A stretch of 64,000 nt of DNA from Candidatus Enterousia sp. (GTDB taxonomy: Bacteria > Pseudomonadota > Alphaproteobacteria > Rs-D84). Of the stretch, positions 45,136-55,150 are shown one piece after another. The stretch's first letter is position 1; the number at the start of each line of letters is the position of its first letter. The position numbers and the translations under genes were made by a program. The stretch is from the NCBI GenBank assembly GCA_045592905.1, contig JAZNVR010000023.1, positions 12,986 through 76,985 of the forward strand. Direction: 5' to 3'. The notes under the pieces were generated by a model. It made no database searches, had not been told where the DNA came from, and worked only from the letters and a program-made list of their open reading frames with translations.

Positions 45136-47748
45136 ATGGTAAAAAATATTATTGGTAAATTATTGGGGTCTGCAAATGATCGTTTGGTAAAAAGTTATGA
45201 TAAAACAGTGTCTTTAATCAATGATTTAGAGCCTAAATATCATGCAATGTCAGATGAACAGTTGCGGGAACAAACAAATGTTTTGCGTGCAAGATTGAAT
45301 GCAGGTGAAAAAGAAAAAGACGTTTTGCCAGATGCGTTTGCATTGGTTCGTGAGGCATCTATTCGTACAATTGGTCTGCGACATTTTAATGTGCAAATGA
45401 TTGGTGGTATGGTTTTAACCAATGGACAAATCGCAGAAATGAAAACTGGCGAAGGTAAAACACTGGTCGCAACATTGGCAATGTATTTAAAGGCATTGCA
45501 TGGCAAAGGTGCACATTTGATTACAGTAAATGATTATTTGGCATCACGTGACGCAGAATGGATGGGTGCTGTATATAAATTCTTGGGACTGTCGGTTGGT
45601 ATTATTCAGCACGACATGACAGATGAAGAACGTAGGGATGCATATGCGTGCGATATTACATATGTTACAAATTCGGAATTGGGTTTTGACTATTTGCGTG
45701 ACAATATGAAATTTTCCAAGAAACAACAGGTTTTGCGTCCTTTCTTTTATGCAATTGTTGACGAGGTAGACAGTATCTTGATTGATGAAGCACGTACACC
45801 ATTGATTATTTCTGGACCTGCCGAAGATACAAGTGAATTGTATGCCAAGGTTGATGCAGTTGTTGCACAGTTTACAGAATCTGATTTCAAGAAAGATGAA
45901 AAAGACAGACATGTAACATTAACAGAAGCCGGGGTTGATACTGCAACACGTTTGTTGAAAGAAGCAGATTTATTGGTTGGTGATAACTTGTACGCATCAG
46001 AAAACGCCCCATTAGTTATGCACATTCAACAATCTTTGTTGGCACATCATTTGTATCAAAAAAATGTTAACTATGTGGTCAGAAATGGCGAAATTTTAAT
46101 CGTTGATGAATTTACAGGTCGTGTTATGTCTGGTCGTCGTTTCGGCAAAGGTTTGCACCAGGCAATTGAAGCCAAAGAACATGTAAAGGTTCAACCGGAA
46201 AATCAAACAGTTTCCAGTATTTCTTATCAGAATCTGTTTCGTTTGTATCCAACATTGTCTGGTATGACAGGTACCGCAATGACCGAAGCAGCAGAATTTG
46301 AAGAAATTTATAAATTGCGTGTTGTTTCAATCCCGACAAATCGCCCTGTTGCACGAAATGATCATCATGATGAAATATATCGCAATAAAGATGAAAAGTA
46401 TGCCGCAATTCTGAAGCAGATATCAGATTGCGTTGCACGTAAACAACCTGTGTTGGTTGGAACTGTGTCAATTGAAAAATCTGAAGAATTGGCTGCAATT
46501 GTACGCAAGGAATTGAAAATTAATCCTGCTGTATTAAATGCAAAACATCATGAATCCGAAGCAAAAATTGTTGCACAGGCTGGTGCCCCAGGTGCAGTTA
46601 CAATCGCAACAAATATGGCCGGACGTGGAACTGATATTAAATTAGGCGGTAATGCAGAGGCGTTAATTGCAGAATTGGATACACAGTCGCCTGATTATGA
46701 AGAAAAGAAAAAAGAAATATACGATACAATAGAAGCAAATAAGAAAGATGTATTAAATGCAGGCGGTTTATATGTAATCGGTACAGAAAGACATGAATCA
46801 CGTCGTATTGATAATCAGTTGCGTGGACGTTCTGGGCGTCAAGGTGACCCAGGGGATTCCAAGTTCTTTTTGGCATTAGATGACGATTTAATGCGTATAT
46901 TTGGTGCTGCACGTTTGCAAGGAATGCTGACAACATTGGGACTGAAGTCGGGTGAAGCAATTACGCACCCATGGATAACCAAGGCATTAGAAAAGGCACA
47001 AAAACGTGTTGAAGCAAGATATTTTGAAGCACGTAAAGAATTGCTGAAATATGACGATGTTATGAATGAACAAAGAACAGTAATTTATAAACAACGTGAT
47101 GATTTGATGGTGTCTGATGATTTGTCGCCTTTGGCACAAGAAATGATAGCAGATGTTGTTGAAATTATTTGCGAAAACTGTATTCCAGAAAAAGCAATGG
47201 CTGCGGATTGGAATTTGAATGGTATTCATAATGCAATGATGCGTGTTTTTGCATTAGATATCACAGATATTGAAAAATGGAAAACAGACGAAGAAATTAC
47301 AGAACGTAAAGCATATGAATCACTGTTGGGATTGGCACAGCGACGTTATGCACACCAGGCGGAAAAATATGGCCCAGAAATGATGCAAATGGCATCAAGA
47401 CAAATGATGTTGGGTGCGTTGGATGCTGTGTGGAAAAAACATTTGCAACAGATGGATTACCTGCAAAGTGCAATTGGATTGCGTGGTTATGCACAAAAAA
47501 ATCCATTATATGAATATAAGCGTGAAGCGTTGGAATTATTCAAAAATACAGTAAATAATTTCAAGATTATGTCTATATCTTATATTTGTCGTATGGAATT
47601 AACACGTGAAGATGTTGCCGCAACCGAAGCAGAACGTAATAATCATGATGAAAAATTAAATCAGGCATCTGGGGACGCACGCAGAAATGCACCATGTCCA
47701 TGTGGGTCTGGGTTAAAGTTCAAGCATTGTTGCGGAAAGTTGCATTAA
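45136..47748 (+). CDS. secA: preprotein translocase ATPase SecA
   Basis: MKTGEGKTLVATL (Walker A), DEVDSILIDEARTPLIISG, TNMAGRGTDI, and the C-terminal zinc site CPCGSGLKFKHCCG. Confidence 0.97.
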   Translation: MVKNIIGKLLGSANDRLVKSYDKTVSLINDLEPKYHAMSDEQLREQTNVLRARLNAGEKEKDVLPDAFALVREASIRTIGLRHFNVQMIGGMVLTNGQIAEMKTGEGKTLVATLAMYLKALHGKGAHLITVNDYLASRDAEWMGAVYKFLGLSVGIIQHDMTDEERRDAYACDITYVTNSELGFDYLRDNMKFSKKQQVLRPFFYAIVDEVDSILIDEARTPLIISGPAEDTSELYAKVDAVVAQFTESDFKKDEKDRHVTLTEAGVDTATRLLKEADLLVGDNLYASENAPLVMHIQQSLLAHHLYQKNVNYVVRNGEILIVDEFTGRVMSGRRFGKGLHQAIEAKEHVKVQPENQTVSSISYQNLFRLYPTLSGMTGTAMTEAAEFEEIYKLRVVSIPTNRPVARNDHHDEIYRNKDEKYAAILKQISDCVARKQPVLVGTVSIEKSEELAAIVRKELKINPAVLNAKHHESEAKIVAQAGAPGAVTIATNMAGRGTDIKLGGNAEALIAELDTQSPDYEEKKKEIYDTIEANKKDVLNAGGLYVIGTERHESRRIDNQLRGRSGRQGDPGDSKFFLALDDDLMRIFGAARLQGMLTTLGLKSGEAITHPWITKALEKAQKRVEARYFEARKELLKYDDVMNEQRTVIYKQRDDLMVSDDLSPLAQEMIADVVEIICENCIPEKAMAADWNLNGIHNAMMRVFALDITDIEKWKTDEEITERKAYESLLGLAQRRYAHQAEKYGPEMMQMASRQMMLGALDAVWKKHLQQMDYLQSAIGLRGYAQKNPLYEYKREALELFKNTVNNFKIMSISYICRMELTREDVAATEAERNNHDEKLNQASGDARRNAPCPCGSGLKFKHCCGKLH

Positions 47749-47752
47749 ATAT

Positions 47753-47783
47753 AAAATTGCCGAATTGTCGGCAATTTTTTTTT
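47753..47783 (+). terminator. intrinsic terminator after secA
   Basis: ATTGCCGA-ATTG-TCGGCAAT plus a T-run. Confidence 0.8.
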
Positions 47784-47840
47784 GTTTTTTAGGAAATATT
47801 GTGGTTGCCTTGGGGTGGTGGTTTTGCTATGGTAATGCAC

Positions 47841-50800
47841 ATGGAAAGACAATTTATTCATCTTCGTACGCATTCTCGCTTTTCTGTTGGGGCAAGTACT
47901 TTGACAATAAAAAAAATACCAGCATTGTGTTTGGGGGCTGGTATGTCTGCGTGTGCGTTAACAGATACGAATTTAATGTCCGGGTGTGCAGAATTTTCTG
48001 ATGTTATGCCAAAAAACAAAGTTCAACCCATAATCGGTATTGAAATATCATTAAATCATCATACCGCAGATCCTAAAATATTACGTTCTGAATCATTATC
48101 AAAAATTGTGTTGCTGGCACAAAATCATACAGGGTATCTGAATTTATGTGATTTGAATAAAATAATGTATATGCGTCAAGATAATCATCATTTGGGGCCC
48201 TTTGTTACAATTGATGAATTAGCAGAATATAATAATGGACTGATTTGTTTGTCTGGTGCACACACAGGCCCAATCGGAATGGCGTTGTTAAATAATCAAG
48301 ATGATCAGGCAAAGCGTTATGCTGAAAAGTTTTTAGAAATATTTGGCAATCGTTTTTATGTTGAAATTCAACGTCATGGATTAGATGATGAAATAAAAAC
48401 AGAACCTGGATTTCTAAAAATTGCACAAGAATTAAATATACCAATCGTTGCAACAAATGATGTTTGTTTCGCAGCAGATACAGATTATGAATCTGCAGAT
48501 GCGTTAGGGTGTGTGTTGGGACAGACCAAGGTTATTGATCCAGAACGTTTGCGTAAATCATCGGAACAGTATTTCAAATCATATGAACAAATGTGTGAAA
48601 TATTTTCTGACCTGCCAGAGGCAATTGAAAACACTGTACGTATTGCGAAACGCTGTGGTTTTATGGTTAATGTTCATGAAAAACCATTATTGCCACGATT
48701 TGGTGACGATTTAGAAACAGAATGTCAAATGTTGCGTGATAACACGATGGCAGGATTGAAACGCAGGTTAGAGCAACATAATATTACAGATACTGCACCA
48801 TATTATGAACAGGCAGAATTTGAACTGGGTGTTATTATTGGTATGGGATTCCCAGGGTATTTTTTGATTGTTGCAGATTATATTGATTGGTGCAGAAATA
48901 ATGATGTTTTAACGGGGCCTGGGCGTGGTTCTGGTGCGGGTTCTATTGTTGCGTGGGCGTTGGGGATTACAAATGTTGACCCACTAAAATATGGTTTGTT
49001 GTTTGAAAGGTTCCTGAATCCTGATCGTATTTCAATGCCGGATTTTGACGTTGATTTTGAACCAACGGGAATTGAACGTGTTTTAGCGTATGTTTGTGAT
49101 AAATATGGATATGATTCTGTTTGTCGTATTATTACTTTTGGCAGTTTGCAGGCACGTGGTGCAATTCGTGATATTGGTCGTGTATATGGTATACCCTATT
49201 CTAAATCTGACAGACTGTCCAAATTAATACCGCAAGATGCCAAGACATTAAAAGAAGCGGTTGATATGTCTGGGGAAATTCAGGATATTCTGAATAACGA
49301 TCAAGATTTAAACAAGGTTGTTACCGTTGCTGAAGAATTAGAAGGTTCCCTGCGTAATTTGGGGCAACATGCATGTGGTGTTGTTATTGGCGACAGACCA
49401 ACAACTAAAATTGCCCCTGTGTATCGTGATCCTGCGAACCCGTTGCCATCATGTCAATTTGATGGAAAATATTTGGAAAAATCAGGTTTGATTAAATTTG
49501 ACTTTCTTGGTTTGGAAACGTTGGTTGTATTAAAATACGCAATACGCTTAATCCAACAAACACGTGGTATTAATATTGATTTAGATCAGATACCAACAGA
49601 TGATCCAAAGACCATGAAATTATGGCAGGCAGGTTTAACCGAAGGTATATTCCAATTTGATGCACCGTTTGTTAAACAGACATTGCGTAAAATGCATCCG
49701 ACAAGTTTCTTGGAAATTTCAGCATTAAATGCGTTAAATCGTCCAGGACCAATCGCATTTATTCCACAGTTTATTGCACGTATGCATGGCGAAGAATCTA
49801 TTGAATATGTTCATCCAAAGGCAGAACCGATATTAAAAGAAACATATGGTATTATTGTTTATCAAGAACAGGTTATGCAATTGACACGTGCGTTGGCTGG
49901 GTTTACTCGTGGTCAGTCTGATAACGTACGTAAAGCAATGGGTAAAAAACTGATTGAAATGCTGAATGAACTGGAAGGTAAGTTTTATGAGGGGTGTGAA
50001 AAAGAACAAACCTTAGACAGGGCAACGGCCAAAGATTTATGGGAAAAATTCAAGGAGTTTGCAAAATATGCATTTAATAAATCACATGCGATTGCGTACT
50101 CTATTGTTGCGAACCAGTGTGCATATTTAAAAGCAAATTATACACCTGAATTTTTGGCTGCATCTATGTCCAGTAATTTGAATGATACAGATCAATTGGC
50201 ATTATTTGTTGATGATGCGAAATCTAATTTTGGTATTCAAATTGTTGCACCAGATATAAATGAAAGTGAGTCTTTATTCACTGTTCGTGATGGTAAAATT
50301 ATATACGGTTTGGCTGCGTTAAAGGGTGTCGGGACTGTTGCAACAGATGCAATCGTTGCGGAACGAAATGCAAATGGTAAATTCAAGAATTTAACAGATT
50401 TTGCAAAACGTTGTGCGTCAATTATGAATAAAAGAATTTTAGAAGCATTTGCCAAGACTGGTGTATTGGATTCATTAGAACCAAATCGTGCCGCTATATA
50501 CATGAATGCAGATATGATTTTGTCTTATGCCGCAAAGTCCAGGGATGGTGCAAATATGTTGTCGTTGTTCGCAAATACAGTAGAAGACGATGTCATAGAA
50601 GATAGATTGCGTAAAAATTTACCAAAAACAGAGCCATGGACATTTGGCCAACGTCTAGAAAACGAATTATCTGCACTTGGGTTTTATATTTCTGCCCATC
50701 CATTGGATCAGTACAAGCATTTAATTAAATCTGCGAATCTTGCAACCAGTGCAACTTTGGCATCTATGGGCGACAGAAAGAGTGTGCAGATTGCAGTAAA

Positions 50801-51251
50801 TGTGAATTCATTCAGTCGTCGTCGTACTAAAACAGGCAAAGAAATGATTACGATAAACGCATCAGACAGTTTGGGTAATATTGATGCTGTTGCGTTTGGG
50901 GATTCTGCGATTGAATTTTCACAGATTTTATCTTCGGAAACGGTTGTTTTGATATCTGGCAAGACGTCTAATCGTGATGACAGGGTATCGGTTTTTGTTG
51001 ATTCAATTATACCTTTGACGAACTGGGTTGCGAAAATTGCGAAAAAAATAACATTGGATATTCGTGATGGTTCTGTATTACAGGATGTAAAAAAGGCAAT
51101 TGTTGCATTGCCACGTGGTTACACCCAGGTTGTATTAAATTTACATGCTGCTGACAAGGTTGCAACAATGGCATTATCTGGCGGGGTTGAATTGGGCAAT
51201 ACAACAATTGCTGACTTTACGGCCTTGGGATTGCGTGTGGGGGTTGAATAA
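47841..51251 (+). CDS. dnaE: DNA polymerase III alpha subunit
   Basis: PHP domain FIHLRTHSRFS, the GSGAGS.VA.ALGIT..DP and PDFD.DF motifs, and a C-terminal OB fold. The ATG at 47841 is preferred to the 47799 start. Confidence 0.95.
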   Translation: MERQFIHLRTHSRFSVGASTLTIKKIPALCLGAGMSACALTDTNLMSGCAEFSDVMPKNKVQPIIGIEISLNHHTADPKILRSESLSKIVLLAQNHTGYLNLCDLNKIMYMRQDNHHLGPFVTIDELAEYNNGLICLSGAHTGPIGMALLNNQDDQAKRYAEKFLEIFGNRFYVEIQRHGLDDEIKTEPGFLKIAQELNIPIVATNDVCFAADTDYESADALGCVLGQTKVIDPERLRKSSEQYFKSYEQMCEIFSDLPEAIENTVRIAKRCGFMVNVHEKPLLPRFGDDLETECQMLRDNTMAGLKRRLEQHNITDTAPYYEQAEFELGVIIGMGFPGYFLIVADYIDWCRNNDVLTGPGRGSGAGSIVAWALGITNVDPLKYGLLFERFLNPDRISMPDFDVDFEPTGIERVLAYVCDKYGYDSVCRIITFGSLQARGAIRDIGRVYGIPYSKSDRLSKLIPQDAKTLKEAVDMSGEIQDILNNDQDLNKVVTVAEELEGSLRNLGQHACGVVIGDRPTTKIAPVYRDPANPLPSCQFDGKYLEKSGLIKFDFLGLETLVVLKYAIRLIQQTRGINIDLDQIPTDDPKTMKLWQAGLTEGIFQFDAPFVKQTLRKMHPTSFLEISALNALNRPGPIAFIPQFIARMHGEESIEYVHPKAEPILKETYGIIVYQEQVMQLTRALAGFTRGQSDNVRKAMGKKLIEMLNELEGKFYEGCEKEQTLDRATAKDLWEKFKEFAKYAFNKSHAIAYSIVANQCAYLKANYTPEFLAASMSSNLNDTDQLALFVDDAKSNFGIQIVAPDINESESLFTVRDGKIIYGLAALKGVGTVATDAIVAERNANGKFKNLTDFAKRCASIMNKRILEAFAKTGVLDSLEPNRAAIYMNADMILSYAAKSRDGANMLSLFANTVEDDVIEDRLRKNLPKTEPWTFGQRLENELSALGFYISAHPLDQYKHLIKSANLATSATLASMGDRKSVQIAVNVNSFSRRRTKTGKEMITINASDSLGNIDAVAFGDSAIEFSQILSSETVVLISGKTSNRDDRVSVFVDSIIPLTNWVAKIAKKITLDIRDGSVLQDVKKAIVALPRGYTQVVLNLHAADKVATMALSGGVELGNTTIADFTALGLRVGVE

Positions 51252-52099
51252 TGACAAAGCATATTCCTGTATTATTAGATAGTGTTATGGATGCAATTGG
51301 TGATATATCTGGTCAAACCGTTGTTGATTGTACGTTTGGTGCCGGGGGGTATTCACGTGCTTTCTTGGATGCCGGGGCAAATGTCATTGCATTTGACAGG
51401 GATCCAAATGTTGTTGCAGACGCAGATGCATTGCAACGGGATTTTGGAACACGATTTCAATTTATTCCAAGACCGTTTTCTGGTATATCTGAATTGGATT
51501 GTCTGGTTGATGTAATCGTTTTTGATTTAGGAATTTCTTCAATGCAAATTGATATTGCATCACGTGGTTTTTCTTTTCGTGCAGATGCACCGCTGGATAT
51601 GCGTATGTCTGTGGACGGTATAACCGCAGCCCAATTAATAGAACAATTATCTGTGTCGGAATTGGCGGATATTCTGCGTAAATATGGCGATATTAGCAAG
51701 GCTGGCATTCTGGCACGTGCGATTAAAGATGCGTTGCCGAAAACAACGTTTGCATTGCGTGATTTAATTTATAATCCACGTGATGTTGCACCTGTGTTTC
51801 AAGCGTTGCGTATTGCTGTTAATGATGAAATGGGTGAACTGGAACGTGCGTTATCTGTGGTGCCAGAACATTTGAACATTGGTGGAAGGTGTATTTGTGT
51901 AACGTTTCATTCATTAGAAGACAGAATTGTTAAGAATACATTTCGTACATGGACAACGCCAGTTGGGGATCCACGAATGCCTGTATTGGCCCCTGCCCGA
52001 TTTGATTTAATAAAACCACAGGTACCAACAAAATCAGAATTGGAAAATAATCCACGTGCCCGGTCTGCACATATGCGTGGTGTAATAAAAACGTATTGA
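51251..52099 (+). CDS. rsmH: 16S rRNA (cytosine1402-N4)-methyltransferase
   Basis: HIPVLL..V.......VDCTFG.GGYSRA.L, DLG.SS.Q.D...RGFSF, FHSLEDR.VK. Its start overlaps the dnaE stop (TAATG). Confidence 0.9.
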   Translation: MTKHIPVLLDSVMDAIGDISGQTVVDCTFGAGGYSRAFLDAGANVIAFDRDPNVVADADALQRDFGTRFQFIPRPFSGISELDCLVDVIVFDLGISSMQIDIASRGFSFRADAPLDMRMSVDGITAAQLIEQLSVSELADILRKYGDISKAGILARAIKDALPKTTFALRDLIYNPRDVAPVFQALRIAVNDEMGELERALSVVPEHLNIGGRCICVTFHSLEDRIVKNTFRTWTTPVGDPRMPVLAPARFDLIKPQVPTKSELENNPRARSAHMRGVIKTY

Positions 52100-52146
52100 C
52101 CCAGGCGTTTGTTTTTTTGTACTGTATATGATGAAAGGAATATCAA

Positions 52147-52557
52147 ATGCGACAAAGTACATTAAGAAAGCATATTGAAAAGGCGGATATGGCAAAAAAA
52201 TCCAATCGCTTGGATTTGTCTTCTGACCAGGATTTAACGGTTGGTTTAATGAATTTGTTGAATATAGAAGAATATATAAAATTGCATACAACAAATGATT
52301 ATGCTGGGTTATTGGATATGGTTGTTGATATTCGTATGCGTTTAATGGAACGAATTGTGAATTCATCCGACAAAAACAAGGACACAATGGAACGGTTGCT
52401 GACTGAATCAATGTCGTGTATTGATGATGGGGTACATCTGTTGTCGTCTGGGGACAATGATACAGCGTATGCATTATTTGATGATGCGTATGCAAAATAT
52501 TCATTGTTCTGGGGTTTGAATATGGGATTAATAGATAAGAAAGATATAGAAAGTTGA
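52147..52557 (+). CDS. hypothetical cytoplasmic helical protein
   Basis: RBS AAAGGAA-N6-ATG. 136 aa. The antisense 188-aa ORF has junk-like composition. Confidence 0.65.
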   Translation: MRQSTLRKHIEKADMAKKSNRLDLSSDQDLTVGLMNLLNIEEYIKLHTTNDYAGLLDMVVDIRMRLMERIVNSSDKNKDTMERLLTESMSCIDDGVHLLSSGDNDTAYALFDDAYAKYSLFWGLNMGLIDKKDIES

Positions 52558-52619
52558 AATTAACTATTGATTCCAATATGCAAAAAATGATAAAATGCAA
52601 AAAAGAGAGAAGGAAAGTG

Positions 52620-55133
52620 ATGCCTATGTTTAAGAATTTTTACCGTTTTTCTGCTGTTTTAGCAATATTTGCGTGTGCTACATCTGTGTTCGCAGACCAG
52701 GCACCAAATCCACGTAGTGCAGTTGCAGTTAATACTGCGAACAGTCGTTCCAGTAGCAAGGTTGTAACACGTGGTGATGGAACCGCTGGTACAGTTGTTT
52801 CACGTACAGGTGCAACTTCTGGGCGTTCTGCATCTGTTTCAGAACGTTCTGGCACAACAACAGCACGTACGGGACGCAACGTGTTGCAGATGGGTAATGT
52901 TGCGAATCGTGCAGCAGCGACATCTGCACGCAGTATAACCAAGGCATCCCCTGCACGCAGTGCGGTTGCAGGCAGCAAAATTGCAAATCCACGCAGTGCG
53001 GTCAGAACGGTTACTGGGGCAACGGCTGCATCACGTGCAGCGAATCGTGCACGTGCGACTGCGGTGTTTAGTGATATTTCTAAAATTGGTGGCGGATATG
53101 CACAATGTCGTGAATCGTATGCGACATGTATGGACCAGTTCTGTGCAAATGCAAATGATACATTCCGTCGTTGTTATTGTAGTGATAAGTTTACAGAATT
53201 TAACGATACAGAAGAAGCATTGAACCAGGCCAAGGTATTATTGCAACAATTTGAAGATAATAATTTGAATGCAGTTGATAAAACCGCAGCAGAAGTTAAT
53301 GCAATGTATTCTGCAACTGTGGGTGAAGCGGCAATTAAAAATGACGTCAGTGGTGCACAATCTATATTAAATGAAATTGGTGATTTGTTGTCTGGTAAAA
53401 AGAAAGTAGAAAAACCAGAAAAAGAAAAGACCACGTTTGATTTAAGCAGTTTGGATTTTACAATTAATGTTGATGACATTTGGGGCGGATCGGATTCAAT
53501 GTTTGATGCGGCTAGCAAACGTAACACTGTTGATATGACACAATTGTTTGGTCGTGAATTGTTTAATGAATCTAATAAACAATGTTTGGAAATTATTGGT
53601 GATACATGTTCGTCTGATGCAATGTTGAACATGTCTGTCAGTGCGTATAACATCATGATTACCCAGGATTGTAACCTGTATGAAAAGAAAATTGATGCAC
53701 AACGTGAAGCGGTAAAAAATACTGTTCGCCAGGCGGAAAAATATTTACGTGAAGCACGTTTGGAAGAATATCGTGCACATAATTCAGCAGACGTAAACGA
53801 ATGTATCGGCAAGGTACGTACCGCAATATTACAGGATACAGCATGTGGTGAAGATTATAAACGTTGTTTGGATTATACCGGGCTGTATATCAATCAAACA
53901 ACAGGCGAACCAATTTATTCCCCATTGTTGTTCAAATTGGTTGAAATTATTAATTTATATAACAGTGGAAATACATCATCTGACGTATTGTCATATAACA
54001 AGGAATTTGATAAATTCTTGGATTCTAAAAAGATGTTTGTAACCAAGGCATTGGATTCTTGTCGTGATATTGCAGATAATGTTTGGACAGAATTCAAACG
54101 TACTGCCCTGTTGGAAATTGCCCAGGCCCAAGATGAAAAGATAGAAGAAGTCAAGGCATCATGTGTAACAACAATGGGTGAATGTTATGATACACAATCT
54201 GGTGCATTAAAAGATTTTGATAAAACATCTGCCCAGGCATCTGGGGCGTTGGCGGCCAATGCTGCACGTGCAATGTGTTCGGACAAGGTTGCAGCATGTG
54301 CTGCGTTGTATGCACCAAATAACAAGACAGGCTGTAAGTTTAATGCCCAGGGTCAGGTTGAAAATGCGGCAAATTGTGGATTGACACAGTTGTTGGATTT
54401 CGTGGCATTGAATGACAGTGTAAAAATTGCCGAAGGTTGTGCCCAGGCGGTTACAAAATATGCCGAAGATACATGTGCACCATCCAGTGCAGATGAAGAC
54501 AAGGCGTATCCATGGGGTTGCCGCTTGTTATCACGTAACAAGTTGGAAAAGAATATCTTGGATCGTGCAGCGGTTTACTGTAATGTAAAGCCCACTGATG
54601 GCGATGATAGATTGAATAATGAATTGGTTCAGGTTGAAACCACCGTCAGAAGTGTTATTGACACAATTACAACAGAATTGTCATCTGTGTTAAATGAAGA
54701 ATGTGTAAATGCAGGTGGTATTTGGGTTGATTCTACTGAATCTGAATCTGAAGTTACATATTGTGTTGCCAATGGTAAAGTGACTGAGTCTGGTGGGGAA
54801 TGTAACGGTGAATTGTATACCATGGTTAGTGGTTATCAGGTAAATAAACCAAACAGCAGCCAAGTAATGAACCCTGATGAGGCTGGAGAATATGAAGAAA
54901 ATGCGTTCTATACAGCGATAAAGGTTTCTGCAAACGTTCACAAAGATGCAATACGTTCATATGGTGTATGTTTTAGAAACGATGTAAAAATGCATTGCGA
55001 ATTACAGGGTTCAGAATATGCAACATACAATGCGACAACAGGTATGTGCGAATTCAAGGATGAATGGTACAGTATGAAGTGTGAACAGTTGGGCGGTACA
55101 TTTGCGGACAACGTATGCTATTTGGCAGAATAA
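52620..55133 (+). CDS. giant secreted Cys-rich protein, paralogue 1 (basic R/S/T-rich N-region, CMDQFC domain)
   Basis: The ATG at 52620 follows AGAGAGAAGGAAAG. Signal peptide ...ATSVFA/DQ, a ~125-aa Arg/Ser/Thr/Ala-rich tract with NPRSAV x2, then YAQCRESYATCMDQFC...RRCYCSD. It is collinear over ~450 aa with the 56638-59214 product. Confidence 0.8.
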   Translation: MPMFKNFYRFSAVLAIFACATSVFADQAPNPRSAVAVNTANSRSSSKVVTRGDGTAGTVVSRTGATSGRSASVSERSGTTTARTGRNVLQMGNVANRAAATSARSITKASPARSAVAGSKIANPRSAVRTVTGATAASRAANRARATAVFSDISKIGGGYAQCRESYATCMDQFCANANDTFRRCYCSDKFTEFNDTEEALNQAKVLLQQFEDNNLNAVDKTAAEVNAMYSATVGEAAIKNDVSGAQSILNEIGDLLSGKKKVEKPEKEKTTFDLSSLDFTINVDDIWGGSDSMFDAASKRNTVDMTQLFGRELFNESNKQCLEIIGDTCSSDAMLNMSVSAYNIMITQDCNLYEKKIDAQREAVKNTVRQAEKYLREARLEEYRAHNSADVNECIGKVRTAILQDTACGEDYKRCLDYTGLYINQTTGEPIYSPLLFKLVEIINLYNSGNTSSDVLSYNKEFDKFLDSKKMFVTKALDSCRDIADNVWTEFKRTALLEIAQAQDEKIEEVKASCVTTMGECYDTQSGALKDFDKTSAQASGALAANAARAMCSDKVAACAALYAPNNKTGCKFNAQGQVENAANCGLTQLLDFVALNDSVKIAEGCAQAVTKYAEDTCAPSSADEDKAYPWGCRLLSRNKLEKNILDRAAVYCNVKPTDGDDRLNNELVQVETTVRSVIDTITTELSSVLNEECVNAGGIWVDSTESESEVTYCVANGKVTESGGECNGELYTMVSGYQVNKPNSSQVMNPDEAGEYEENAFYTAIKVSANVHKDAIRSYGVCFRNDVKMHCELQGSEYATYNATTGMCEFKDEWYSMKCEQLGGTFADNVCYLAE

Positions 55134-55150
55134 TTGAATGGGGTTAACAT

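Noticed and set aside
52034-52600. 188-aa minus-strand ORF
   Set aside because: It overlaps the rsmH 3' end and the RBS-preceded 136-aa plus-strand gene. Its translation is His/Tyr/Thr/Pro-rich junk.
53174-53812. 212-aa antisense ORF inside Cys-rich paralogue 1
   Set aside because: It is a shadow ORF. The plus frame is supported by paralogy with the 56638-59214 product.
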